Positions 52,301 to 64,000 of a DNA stretch of 64,000 bases are shown piece by piece. The position numbers and the translations under genes were made by a program. The stretch lies in contig JBOZIK010000001.1 in the NCBI GenBank assembly GCA_051453625.1, forward strand, positions 32,822,226 through 32,886,225, written 5' to 3'. Each line of letters starts with the position of its first letter. Within the stretch, counting starts at the first letter, position 1. The stretch is from Welwitschia mirabilis. Its lineage: Eukaryota. A model generated the notes under the pieces. It was not told the DNA's origin, did no database searches, and was given only the letters and a program-made list of their open reading frames with translations.

Positions 52301-55089
52301 TTGGAAAGAATGAAGTATTTTAATTTCTATGTAAACTAACATCTACTTGCTTTTAGGGTTAAAGAGTGCTTCTACTATGAAAGAATTACTTTAATAAAAC
52401 ACCTTTAAAAATGAAATCTATTAACATCTTAGAAATGTTTGTGTAGAATGTTACCAACTAATTTAATGATATCATTCTTAAAAGAAGACAAAATTAGAGT
52501 TAAACTAGAAAAAATATAATATAAAATATATTCATGAGCTAATTATTAACATCAAAATCCTATTTGCATAAATAATGACTAATATCAAAATTTACCCTAG
52601 AGAAGTTTTAAGAGATAATGCTCTTTCCATGATGAGGGAATTAAAAACTTTAGCCAAAATAAAGTTACGTGCATAATATCAAGCATTAGTAGCCTTAGTA
52701 TTCTTTAATCAAAGGATAATGGCTTGCATTAAGAGGCTAGTATGACAAGGCCAAAATTTAATAATCTAAAGAAATATGAAACATGAGGTATAATTTTTAG
52801 ACATGAATTCAAACATATTAGGAAGAACAAAATTCATAGAAGAATTATCTATCATTTTGCTTCTAGAATAAGGTGTAAAGATCCTTTAAAAGGTTGAATT
52901 AGTGAGCCATCTTTGGTGAACCCTAGAAAAAAGAAACAAATTTGAAAATGTTATCCAAAAACTAATACCTTTGAAAACTAGAAAAGAAAATGGAATAGAA
53001 ATGAAATGCAATTAGCAAAATCCTTTGCAATATGAGCTTTAAAGTTAGATCTTTGACATATTTTTAATCCTTGTCAACATTAAAGACAATGTAATATTTA
53101 TTATTCATTAAAAAATTTTAGATTTTTATCATGTTATGCTTGAATATAATATAAAAACTGTATAATTTTCTTTACTTTTTTGAATATCTTTCCTTTAAAA
53201 TTTGATGTATTTATTTTATGTAACATGACATGAAAAAAAGAATCTAAATTCAAGTTTAAGTTTTTTGAACTTATTTAAATACTTATTTTTAAACTTGTAT
53301 TTGATACTTTAAAGATTTTTGAAATTACAAATACCTTTTTGAACTTAAATTTTTTTACATTATTTTCTAAGGAACTATTAAAATACTAATTGAAAAATGT
53401 GATTATACTTTAATTTTTAGAACTTTATCTATTAAAATTTAATAAATCAAATATTTTAAGACTATAGACAACATATTTTACACTAATTTTTCACCCTTTA
53501 AGTTTGATCCTAGTTATTAATGAAATTTTCTTATAAAAAATTGATACTTGTTTTTTTTTATGTAGATCATGCTAAGATGCTTGAGTTTTAACTAAATTCA
53601 CAAATTCCAAGAAGACTAAAATCACCATCAAATACATAATGATATAGTATCTTAGAACATAAGGAATCCTACACAAGCAGAAGCAAAAATAGACTATGAA
53701 ATAATAAAGTCAAATCTACAAAAACAATAAAAGTTAATTAAATGTTAAAAAACAAGAAAATCATATAGAGGACTTATGTTTAATTAATATTAATGAAAAA
53801 GAAATCTTTCTTTAACAAAAGTTAATCAACCTAAAAGTATTATGAATTAAAATTGATGTAAATCTCTAATATTAAAGCTATATAAGAATATCTTATCATA
53901 AGAGGTAGGTATATATCAACCTATCCTAGAATTCATTTATCATTCCTCATTATATGATTTTCCATTAGATTTCCTTATACTTTTCTCTTATTTCCTATGG
54001 ATCTTGTTATGACTTTTATGGTTATAATAAGAGCTTATCTAATCCTGAGATTCTAACCCTCTTTTCTCCATTCCTAAGCATGTAAACGTGATTATTTTAT
54101 GAGGAAACTTCCTTGTAAAAGTTAAAGGAATACTTTGTGCCAAATTGCTATTTGTTTTAATATCTGTATTATTAATTAATGGAAATTAATTTGTGATTAG
54201 ATCTGCTTTTCATTTCTTTCATTGATGCATTTATGATTTCTTGCATTAGAATTTCCTTTTGTATTTATTTATTCAAATTTCTTAATTTTAATGTTTTCGT
54301 AGGCCTTATTAGGGTAGATGATTGATGTGACATCTTTTATTATTTCATTTTTTCTATATTTTATTATTAGATAATCCATACTTCAATAGTAGTAATATTT
54401 GGTATCATAATCTTTTTTGTTTGCATTCATAACATTTAAGGTCTATGGTATATGATTGATTAATTATTTATAAAATCATTATTGTTTAATAATATATTAT
54501 TTTGGATTAACAAATTTATGAGGACAGATCTACCTGATTGTTTATGCTATGAATAATCATTTCTATTACTTAGGAAAAGAAATATTTTATCATTATTTTA
54601 TGTCCCTTTATCAAAATTATTTCACACTATCTCTTTGATAATCTAATTTAATTTAAAAAAATGATTATAAACTTTGGAATTTTCTTATGATACTTATGGC
54701 ACAATGATAATTAGGATTGTCTATCCTATAGTTGTCAATTCTAGATTCTATTTTAACAATTTTACCATAGGCCTTGATTGCTAGGGATATTTTTAAATAC
54801 TTCTTTTGATATCAATTATCAAGGTGTAATACTTTTTTTTGATAAATTATTTAAAAATTAAATTTTAATCATATTTAAATTGGTAGAATATGCCTTAAGA
54901 ATAATAATATATATTAAAACATTATTGCATAATAAGCTCTTAGAAAAAAATCATCACATATAAAACTTAAATTAGCTTACCACATATAATTTCATATAGA
55001 TCTTAATAAAGTTTATAACATTAAAAAAACTCAATGATTTTTTTTTATGAAAAAAAGTATATATATTATACTAGAAAATGTACATTAAG

Positions 55090-56610
55090 AAGCAATAATG
55101 CCTAGGATTGACAAGAAAATTAAACTGTTCTGAAACAAAGAAAAGGTATTCCACTAACTATTCAGGAGAGAACTATGAAACAAAATAAAAATGGGAGTGA
55201 AACCACCCCCAAGGAAATAGACTAAACATGGGGGACTACCTATTTAGAAGAGTAAAAGCATAAAAGAGTAAAAGCATAAAACTACTAATAGACTAGGGGC
55301 AAAAATTCCCATGCTACCATAAGCTACAAAAAAACTTAAGTTCGAAAAGGAAAAGACCTGGGAGGAGAAGAATTAGAGTCCTCTACAGAACGAGAACAGA
55401 TTACCATGATTGTGATTGAGTAAGAAATGACTCATATCATTAGAGAGTACCCAAATGCTTGATTTACCTCCTTGAATTCTTTAGCACCTACTGGATTTTT
55501 ATCTGGATGCAGTCTGAGGTCTTTCNNNNNNNNNNNNNNNNNNNNNNNNNNNNNNNNNNNNNNNNNNNNNNNNNNNNNNNNNNNNNNNNNNNNNNNNNNN
55601 NNNNNNNNNNNNNNNNNNNNNNNNNNNNNNNNNNNNNNNNNNNNNNNNNNNNNNNNNNNNNNNNNNNNNNNNNNNNNNNATTTGACATAGAGTTTTGAGC
55701 AGGTTGGAGCTTGTTACTGGCTGAGGAGAGGTCTGGTCATGCCTAACTTGCTCTTAAGATTTAGGAGAAGGATGTTTCTGAACTAGATTCTAAGTTGTCC
55801 CATGGGCAGGCTCTTGAACTATCTCCTATTGGGCTAGGGGTAAAAACATCTCCTCTGAATAACCCAAGGGTAAAGTCACTCCCCTTGACTAGGGATGCCA
55901 TGCATAGTAGTCCTCTCAGAATTAGGGGTCTCTCCCATAGTGGCTCTTCTTTTGAAGGCTCTCCTTGGGAAATTCTGATGTGCGCATTGTCAAGGAGGAG
56001 AGGGAGGGACCTCTCTTAACCTAATTTCTTAGGCTACTCTCCACAGAGCCATAACTGAATCCAAGTTCCTTAGGGAATCTTTCCTGTGAAGAGATTGAAT
56101 AAAAAAGAATTGGAAATTCACTTCATTCCCTAGGTCAAGGGCTTTAAGAAAAGTGAAATGAATATCTGAAAGTTTAGAGCAATTCCTAGACTGAATGAAA
56201 TGGTGGTCAACTAGCTCTACACCTAATCCCCATGGGGACAGTAGTGCCTTTCTGCTAATGTGCCTGCTTGGCAATTTAGGAACCCCACTAGAGAAGAAGT
56301 AAAGTGCTTCACATTATCCTCGGCTTCTAAATGAAATATATTCTCCTTCTGTAGGGATCTCTAATAGCCTAGAGAGTGAATCTTCAGTGATCTCTATAGG
56401 GATTCTCCTAAACATAATGCACCTGCCTCTTTATCATTTGTAAAAGGGGGTAATATCAATCCCCTGGTCTCCCCTAAGCTTGTGCAGGAGGGGTTTCCAT
56501 CCCATAGCTTGTACTTTTTCCCATAGGGTAGGGCAGCCTTCAAAGAGGCTACATTCGGAAGGCTCAATTGTAGGCATGGCTCTCATCATGAGCCTAATTT
56601 GGAAATGATA
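55090..56610 (-). mobile_element. 5'-truncated L1 (ORF2 C-terminus and 3'UTR)
   Basis: Minus-strand SLFEGCP..KLW and KALLSPWGLGV..DHHFIQ (GGLG motif region), followed by a pyrimidine-rich 3'UTR-like tail. Confidence 0.5.
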
Positions 56611-56927
56611 GTGTTTGATTCTCCTTACAGTATTTATAGAAAAATGTAAGGGGTTATTATTGAAAATCAGATTATTGGACCTTTTTGAAAAACTTTTGTT
56701 TTGGGTTTTGAAGNNNNNNNNNNNNNNNNNNNNNNNNNNNNNNNNNNNNNNNNNNNNNNNNNNNNNNNNNNNNNNNNNNNNNNNNNNNNNNNNNNNNNNN
56801 NNNNNNNNNNNNNTTTGATTCTCCTTACAGTATTTATAGAAAAAGGTAAGGGGGTATTATTGAAAATCAGATTATTGGACCTTTTTGAAAAACTTTTGTT
56901 TTCAGGGCTCAGCCATCGGGTTTTGAA

Positions 56928-57145
56928 GCTATGAACACGCAGCAGTGGATTTTCGTTTCTACGCTCTTGTTTATGCACAGCAGATCACGTTTTCTGCGCT
57001 GCATTAATCTACGCGTAGCAGCGCTTTAGAAGTGCGTGGTGGTAGATTTTTTTCTCTATTGCATGCATAAAATAAAGATAGATCCTTACATGCACTGAGA
57101 GGTTTGGTCTTTAGCAAAGCCTTTGATAAGTCTTTTCAGAATATT
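56928..57145 (+). repeat. Copy 1 of a ~218-bp repeat; copy 2 (58227-58444) precedes L1 ORF1
   Basis: Both copies share TGAACACGC...TGCATGCATAAAATAAAGATAGATCCTT.CATGCACT.AGAGGT.TGGTCTTTAGCAAAGCCTTTG..GTCTTTTCAGAATATT. Confidence 0.9.
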
Positions 57146-58226
57146 NNNNNNNNNNNNNNNNNNNNNNNNNNNNNNNNNNNNNNNNNNNNNNNNNNNNNNN
57201 NNNNNNNNNNNNNNNNNNNNNNNNNNNNNNNNNNNNNNNNNNNNNGAAAAATTATCTTGAAAATCCCTTGTCATATAGAGTTTTTATAAGAATATTTCTT
57301 TGGATATTATGTTTATTTATTTTTAATAAATTCCTTTTAATGAACATCTGATTTTCCCTCCTACCCTAAAGATTTAAACCTGATGTAAAGGGAGATAATT
57401 CAATACTCTTTAAGTTAATTTAATGTTATAAAGTTATGAGTTCTCTTTAATTAATTTAATGTTATAAAATTTGTTTAGAAGAGAAGCCTTTTTTAATTTG
57501 ATTTAATGTGATGATGTAAGTTTATGAGAGGAGGGAGAAATTTATTGCAAATGAATGGTTAGTGCTCACAGTGAGACTTAAACTGCCAAGCACTCCCTTT
57601 TCAATAACAGTAAATATGGAACAATTAAGGCATCATGGAGGAGAGAACCATCTTAAAGAGAGCCATTATTAAAGGAAGTTACAAATTCTTGAGATGCTCT
57701 TTTCAGAGATTAAATCTTTTATTAATAATATAGATAGTTTTTAATTAATGCTTTTGATAGAAGGGAATCATGAGGATTTAATCCCTTACTAACTGAGAAA
57801 CATTTGTAAGTTTAAAAAATAGAAATGTAGGCATTACATTTTGGTATCATAACATCTAGGTTAGTGATCCTATTTGGCATAGTCTCTGTGAAGATGTTAT
57901 AAAAGCCTAGGTTATGATAATGACTAAATAACTACAATAATAGCTAAGTAGTTTTTCATTTACCATATGGAATTTATAAGCCTATAATTAAAACGTTGAA
58001 AATATTTATATTTATAAATTAAAAAAAACAAAAATAAAACTCCTTTATAGATTCTAGTGCAGTCTACTCATTCAATAAGGTCTTGGCCTGGTGATAAATA
58101 TTCAAGGCATAACATTTTGTTTAGAAAACATTTTAAATTTCTTCCTACATAAGAGTCCACATGTTGTTATAAATGTTAAGGCGATGTATGAACCTTATTA
58201 AGATAGATAACTTGCATGCAATTAAT

Positions 58227-61200
58227 GCTGTGAACACGCGATGGGAGGTTTTCATTTCTGTGCTCTTGTCTACACACGATGGATCACATTTTCTATGCTG
58301 CATTGGTTTATGTGCGGTGGAACTTTAGAAGTACATGGCTGTAGCTTTTGTTCTCCCTTGCATGCATAAAATAAAGATAGATCCTTGCATGCACTAAGAG
58401 GTCTGGTCTTTAGCAAAGCCTTTGGCAGGTCTTTTCAGAATATTTAGGGCATGCATGACATTTCTCCATAAATTCCATGCATGTCATGGCATCACCTCTC
58501 TTCTAGGAAAGTTATTCTATTTTTCATATTCATCTCCCTTTTCTTTTGAATGTCCTCACATATATCAGATTCATCTACATTAAATGCTTCTTCTAAAGAA
58601 TGGAAAGTAGACATGGCTGAGATCCCTTATCATTCTGCATCATTAGACATGGAAAATGAGATAATTACAAAAGATGATTGTGTTATGGTAGATTTAGAAT
58701 TTCCAAAATATATATTTAACAAAACTATGTGCAAAGTTGAACAACTCTATGCTATCCACCTTTTCACTGGCAGGATTGCCTTCTTCTCTACTCTTAATAA
58801 TTGGGTTTAGAAAAATTGAGTTACTAGAAACATCAAAGTTTCTATTGTTTCAAATATAACTAAAGGTTTATTTATCTTTGGCTTTGAATCTAAAGAAATA
58901 GCAGATTGGGTAAAGTAACAACTAGTCTAGAATATTTCAAGGACTTATCTTATTCTATAGCCATGGTTCAAAGGGTTTGATCTTGAGAAAGTTGCTCAAA
59001 TCACTATCCCTGTTTGGATTGAATTCCCAAATCTTCTAGTTAATTTTCTTCATCATGTCGATATCTTGGCTACTAAAATTGGTAATGTTATTGGAATGGA
59101 GACCTTTTCAGGGTTATGTACATGACCCATAAGAAGAATTTATGTTTCTGTTGATTTAAGTAAACTATTACCGAAGGTTATACATTTAACAGCAGATGGA
59201 ATAGTTATTCTCCAAAAAGTTACTTATTTAACTTTACCAAATTGCTACTACTATTGCAAAGAACCTGACCATGTTAGGGCTCACTATCCTAAACTCCTAG
59301 CCAAGATGGAAGCTGACAGAGTTTTAGTAGAAAAATTAGCAAACAAACTCCATTAATCTAAGATTATGAAGGAAAATCTTAAAAATCCTCAAGAAGCAAA
59401 TCAGGATAATTAGACTACTTAAGAATTAGTCGATCCTAAGGTCAACAAAGGTAATAAGAAAAACTTGGATCAAAGGAATATTGCTCATAAATCTGCAAAA
59501 GAGGTTCATTCTGCTAGTCAGGAAGATAATCAAGCAGATCCTCAATATTCTAAATNNNNNNNNNNNNNNNNNNNNNNNNNNNNNNNNNNNNNNNNNNNNN
59601 NNNNNNNNNNNNNNNNNNNNNNNNNNNNNNNNNNNNNNNNNNNNNNNNNNNNNNNTAGGAAAAATTTGTGTTTTTGTTGATTTAAATAAACCTTTACCAG
59701 AAGTTATACGTTTAATAGCAGATGGAATGGTTATTCTCTTAAAAGTTGCTTATTTAACTTTGCCAAATCGCTACTACTATTGCAAAGAACTTGATCATGT
59801 TAGGGCTCACTGTCCTAAACTCCTAGCCAAGATGGAAGTTGCCAGAGTTTTAGTAGAAAAAGTAGCAAATGAACTTCATCAATCTAAGATTATGAAGGAA
59901 AATCTTAAAAATCCTTAAGAAGCAAATCAGGATAATCAGACTACTCAAGAATCAGTCGATCCCAAAGTCAACAAAGTTAATAAGAAAAACTCGAACAAAG
60001 GGGATATTGCTCGTAAATCTACAGAAGAGGTTCATACTACTAGTCAAGAAGATAATCAAGTGGCTCCCCAATATTCTAAATCTCTTAACAAGGAGAATGA
60101 TGTAGAGGAAGGATGGCAAATGGTTAATAGAAAATCGTATACTCATGTCACCCAGCCCAATCCCTTATTCAGCCCTTCAGGGGTTACAAATCATATGTTT
60201 AAANNNNNNNNNNNNNNNNNNNNNNNNNNNNNNNNNNNNNNNNNNNNNNNNNNNNNNNNNNNNNNNNNNNNNNNNNNNNNNNNNNNNNNNNNNNNNNNNN
60301 NNNNNNNNNNNNNNNNNNNNNNNNNNNNNNNNNNNNNNNNNNNNNNNNNNNNNNNNNNNNNNNNNNNNNNNNNNNNNNNNNNNNNNNNNNNNNNNNNNNN
60401 NNNNNNNNNNNNNNNNNNNNNNNNNNNNNNNNNNNNNNNNNNNNNNNNNNNNNNNNNNNNNNNNNNNNNNNNNNNNNNNNNNNNNNNNNNNNNNNNNNNN
60501 NNNNNNNNNNNNNNNNNNNNNNNNNNNNNNNNNNNNNNNNNNNNNNNNNNNNNNNNNNNNNNNNNNNNNNNNNNNNNNNNNNNNNNNNNNNNNNNNNNNN
60601 NNNNNNNNNNNNNNNNNNNNNNNNNNNNNNNNNNNNNNNNNNNNNNNNNNNNNNNNNNNNNNNNNNNNNNNNNNNNNNNNNNNNNNNNNNNNNNNNNNNN
60701 NNNNNNNNNNNNNNNNNNNNNNNNNNNNNNNNNNNNNNNNNNNNNNNNNNNNNNNNNNNNNNNNNNNNNNNNNNNNNNNNNNNNNNNNNNNNNNNNNNNN
60801 NNNNNNNNNNNNNNNNNNNNNNNNNNNNNNNNNNNNNNNNNNNNNNNNNNNNNNNNNNNNNNNNNNNNNNNNNNNNNNNNNNNNNNNNNNNNNNNNNNNN
60901 NNNNNNNNNNNNNNNNNNNNNNNNNNNNNNNNNNNNNNNNNNNNNNNNNNNNNNNNNNNNNNNNNNNNNNNNNNNNNNNNNNNNNNNNNNNNNNNNNNNN
61001 NNNNNNNNNNNNNNNNNNNNNNNNNNNNNNNNNNNNNNNNNNNNNNNNNNNNNNNNNNNNNNNNNCAACCCTTCAGGGATTACAAATCATATGTTTAAAT
61101 CTGGTAGTGATGTCATAAATCAATTCAGAAGACCTGACATATTAGTAGCCAATAGTTTCGAGTCTACAAATTTATGGCAGGTTGTTAAAGAGGGATTAAA

Positions 61201-64000
61201 GTCCTCTATTGACCTTTCCTCGTGAATCTCATCTCTTGGAATGTTCAGGGACTCTTGGACCCCCGAAGAAAATTCATAGTCCAAGATTATATAGCAAAAA
61301 AGCATTTAGATATTGTCTTTCTTTAGGAAGTTAAATTTTAAGGTTTTTAGCTTTAAATTGCTTGTAATTGTATCTTTTTCAAAAGTTTCTTTTTCACTTT
61401 CAGCCACTCTAAAGGCAGTGGAGGACTAATTATTCTCCTTTATTAAAAGTTTAATAATCTTATTATTGATCATGGTAAAGATCCTGTAGGCAATTGTGTT
61501 TGGATTTATTCAAATTGGAATAAATCTATTGTTGGCTTGGCCAATATTTATGCTTCTTGTAACATTTTAGATAGAAATGCTCTTTGGAATTGAATCTTTG
61601 ATTCTCTCCCAAAAGCTTATTGGATCATTTCAGGAGACTTTAAGATGATCGAGAACATCCATAATAAAAGAGGTGGTAATAAAGGTGGTCTGAACATTAT
61701 GNNNNNNNNNNNNNNNNNNNNNNNNNNNNNNNNNNNNNNNNNNNNNNNNNNNNNNNNNNNNNNNNNNNNNNNNNNNNNNNNNNNNNNNNNNNNNNNNNNN
61801 NATAAAAGAGGTGGTAATAAAGGTGGTCTGAACATTATGGAGCTTGACAGTTGGTTGTCTCTCAAAAACAAATTTCAAGTACATGATGCTAATGATACCA
61901 CCAAATCTACCTTAAGTAAAGGATGGGTTACTTGGTCCAATGCTAGATCAGGATCAACTTTTATCACTTCAAGACTTGATTAGATGCATTTTTTTTCAAA
62001 TCCTCATATTAGTATCTCTCATCATATGAAGCTCCTAGGTTCAATAGATTTTACTCAGGTTTTATCTAACCATTTCCCCCATTTTTTGGTCCATCAAATC
62101 TCCAAATCTGCAGCATCTAAAAAAAGATCTCTTTATTTTTAATACTTCTTTTCTTCAGAATCATAACATGTGCTCTCTTCTCATGCACATTTGGAACCTT
62201 GTTCCTCTTGTGGGTAATAATGGATGGATTGACTAGTGAAATAATAGTATTTTATGTACTCGATGGTTTTTTAAACAAGTAGAAAGACTTCTAGCAGCAA
62301 ATATAACCTCTCATCAAAAAATCCTTATGGCTGAAGTAGAATTTTTTAGCTAAAAGTAAAATCTAGGCATGGTAGTAAATAGGACTTCGACTCTTTAAAA
62401 ATCTGTAAATATAGTCTAAGGAAAGTTGAGCACTTAAGTTCAAGGAAGCTCTTCTTCATGCCCATTTATCTTGGCTAAGAATGAGAGACCAAGCCTCTTC
62501 ATACTTTTTTAAATTCTTAAAAGGAAATTACTCTTCTCCTCATATAGAAGTTATTGATGATGGAACAGTTCTCCATACTTCCAGAGGATAAATTCTTTAA
62601 GTTTTTTATAATCAATGTTCTCAGGTCTTCTATGTTACCTTAGTTGATGACTCAACTATTGACACTTATCTTAATAATATTCAGCCTTTCAATCAAAATA
62701 TTTTTGGAGAAGATTAGTGTCTCTCACTAGCTGAATTTCTCTATGTCCTTTGCCAGCTTAAAGATGGTAAAGCTCTAGGTTTAGATGGCCTTTCAACTGA
62801 ATTCTTCTCCAAATTTTGGCATATTATTAGTTCAGATTCTTATAAAGTATATAAGGAAGCTTTAAGTAATAAGTTTCTTAGAACGTATCTCAATACAAGA
62901 ATAGTTAAACTTCTTCCTAAATCAAGGGATTCTTATAATATCAATAATTAGAGACCTATTACTCTTTTGAATGTGATTTATAAAATTATCGCTAAGCTAT
63001 GGATAATAGACTCAAGAAATTTCTTTAGAATCTCATTAGTAAAGAGTAAATAGGTTTTGTTCAAAATAGGTATATCTTGGATAATGTTTTAACTACTGTC
63101 AAAGCTATGCATTGGGCCACTAATTCCTCTTAGTAAGCTATTCTTTTAAAGCTTGATTTTGATAAAGCCTATGATAGACTGGATTGACATTTTCTCACCA
63201 GAATTATTCATCGTCATCAACTAGGAAAAGTCTTTGAAAACCATGTTCATATGCTTCTTACCAATGCCACCTTATTTATCTGCATTAACAGTATCTTTTC
63301 TCATATTATCTCTCTTCAATACTCAGTTCGACAGGGTTGTCCTTTAGCTCCTTATCTTTTTATCTTAGCAGCAGATGCTCTTGGATCTCTCACTAAATCT
63401 CATCAGTCTGTGGGTAATATTGATGATATTTATCTTCCCAATGGCAACTCCGTTATGTACAGCCAATTTGCAGATGATACCTTCCTATTGATCAGGGAAA
63501 CCGAATTTGATTTTTAGACAGCTATTGATACTCTAAACATTTACTGTAAAGCTTTAGGTTCTCAAATTAATTGGAGTAAAACCGATGCAATCTGTTCTAC
63601 ATTTAGTGAAAGGCCCCCTTGATCTTACCATTTTAATATTCATTGGTTATTCCCTATTGATCACTTTAAACTTCTGGGAATTTCCATCACTTTTGTAGAT
63701 ACTTCTTCTAATATTTGATAGATGGTTATCAATAAAGTTAAAGATAAAGTTCTTAAATGGTCTAGTAAACCCTTATCACTAACTAGAAGACTTACCGTTT
63801 GCATTCATATTCTAAGCACTATTCCTATTTATTATGCTTGCTTCATGATTCCTTCTTCTTTAGCTTATGAATCTATGAATAGGATTATTTAAAGTTTTTT
63901 ATAGAGAAATACCTTAAGTAATAAAGTCTTTTATTGAATGGCCTGGAGCACATGCTATCATTCCAAATCTTTAGGAGAATTAGGGATTCCTTCCTTAAAA
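58227..64000 (+). mobile_element. Near-full-length pseudogenised L1 LINE (5'UTR, ORF1, ORF2 EN-RT), runs off the window end
   Basis: ORF1 from 58550 has PVWIEFPNL and a CYYCKEPDHVRAH zinc knuckle. Endonuclease motifs: NVQGL, IISGDF, TWSNAR..SRLD, SNHFP. RT motifs: KALGLDG..EFFSKFW, RPITLLNVIYKIIAK, KLDFDKAYDR, VRQGCPLAPYLF, QFADDT. Confidence 0.93.

Overview
Eukaryotic, land-plant nuclear DNA from a gappy draft assembly; very AT-rich and dominated by transposons. No prokaryotic features (CRISPR, operons, rRNA) are present. Two intact spliced genes can be built from GT-AG junctions. One is a 3-exon TPR-repeat gene (+, 7204-8017, 205 aa). The other is a 5-exon VAMP72-clade longin R-SNARE (-, 30897-22651, 221 aa) with a 7-kb TE-filled first intron and a probable 3'UTR intron. 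The rest is decayed TEs: two Copia elements (one with both LTRs), an Athila-like Gypsy remnant, several L1 LINEs, an RTE-like LINE, two TRIMs with target-site duplications (TSDs), a hAT-type MITE, and at least 7 copies of a ~200-bp tRNA-derived SINE that cluster upstream of the two genes. I see no convincing wholly novel protein system. The best leads are the SINE family, the downstream VAMP exon (3'UTR intron, possible transmembrane-less isoform), the TRIMs and the MITE. All alignments were done by eye.
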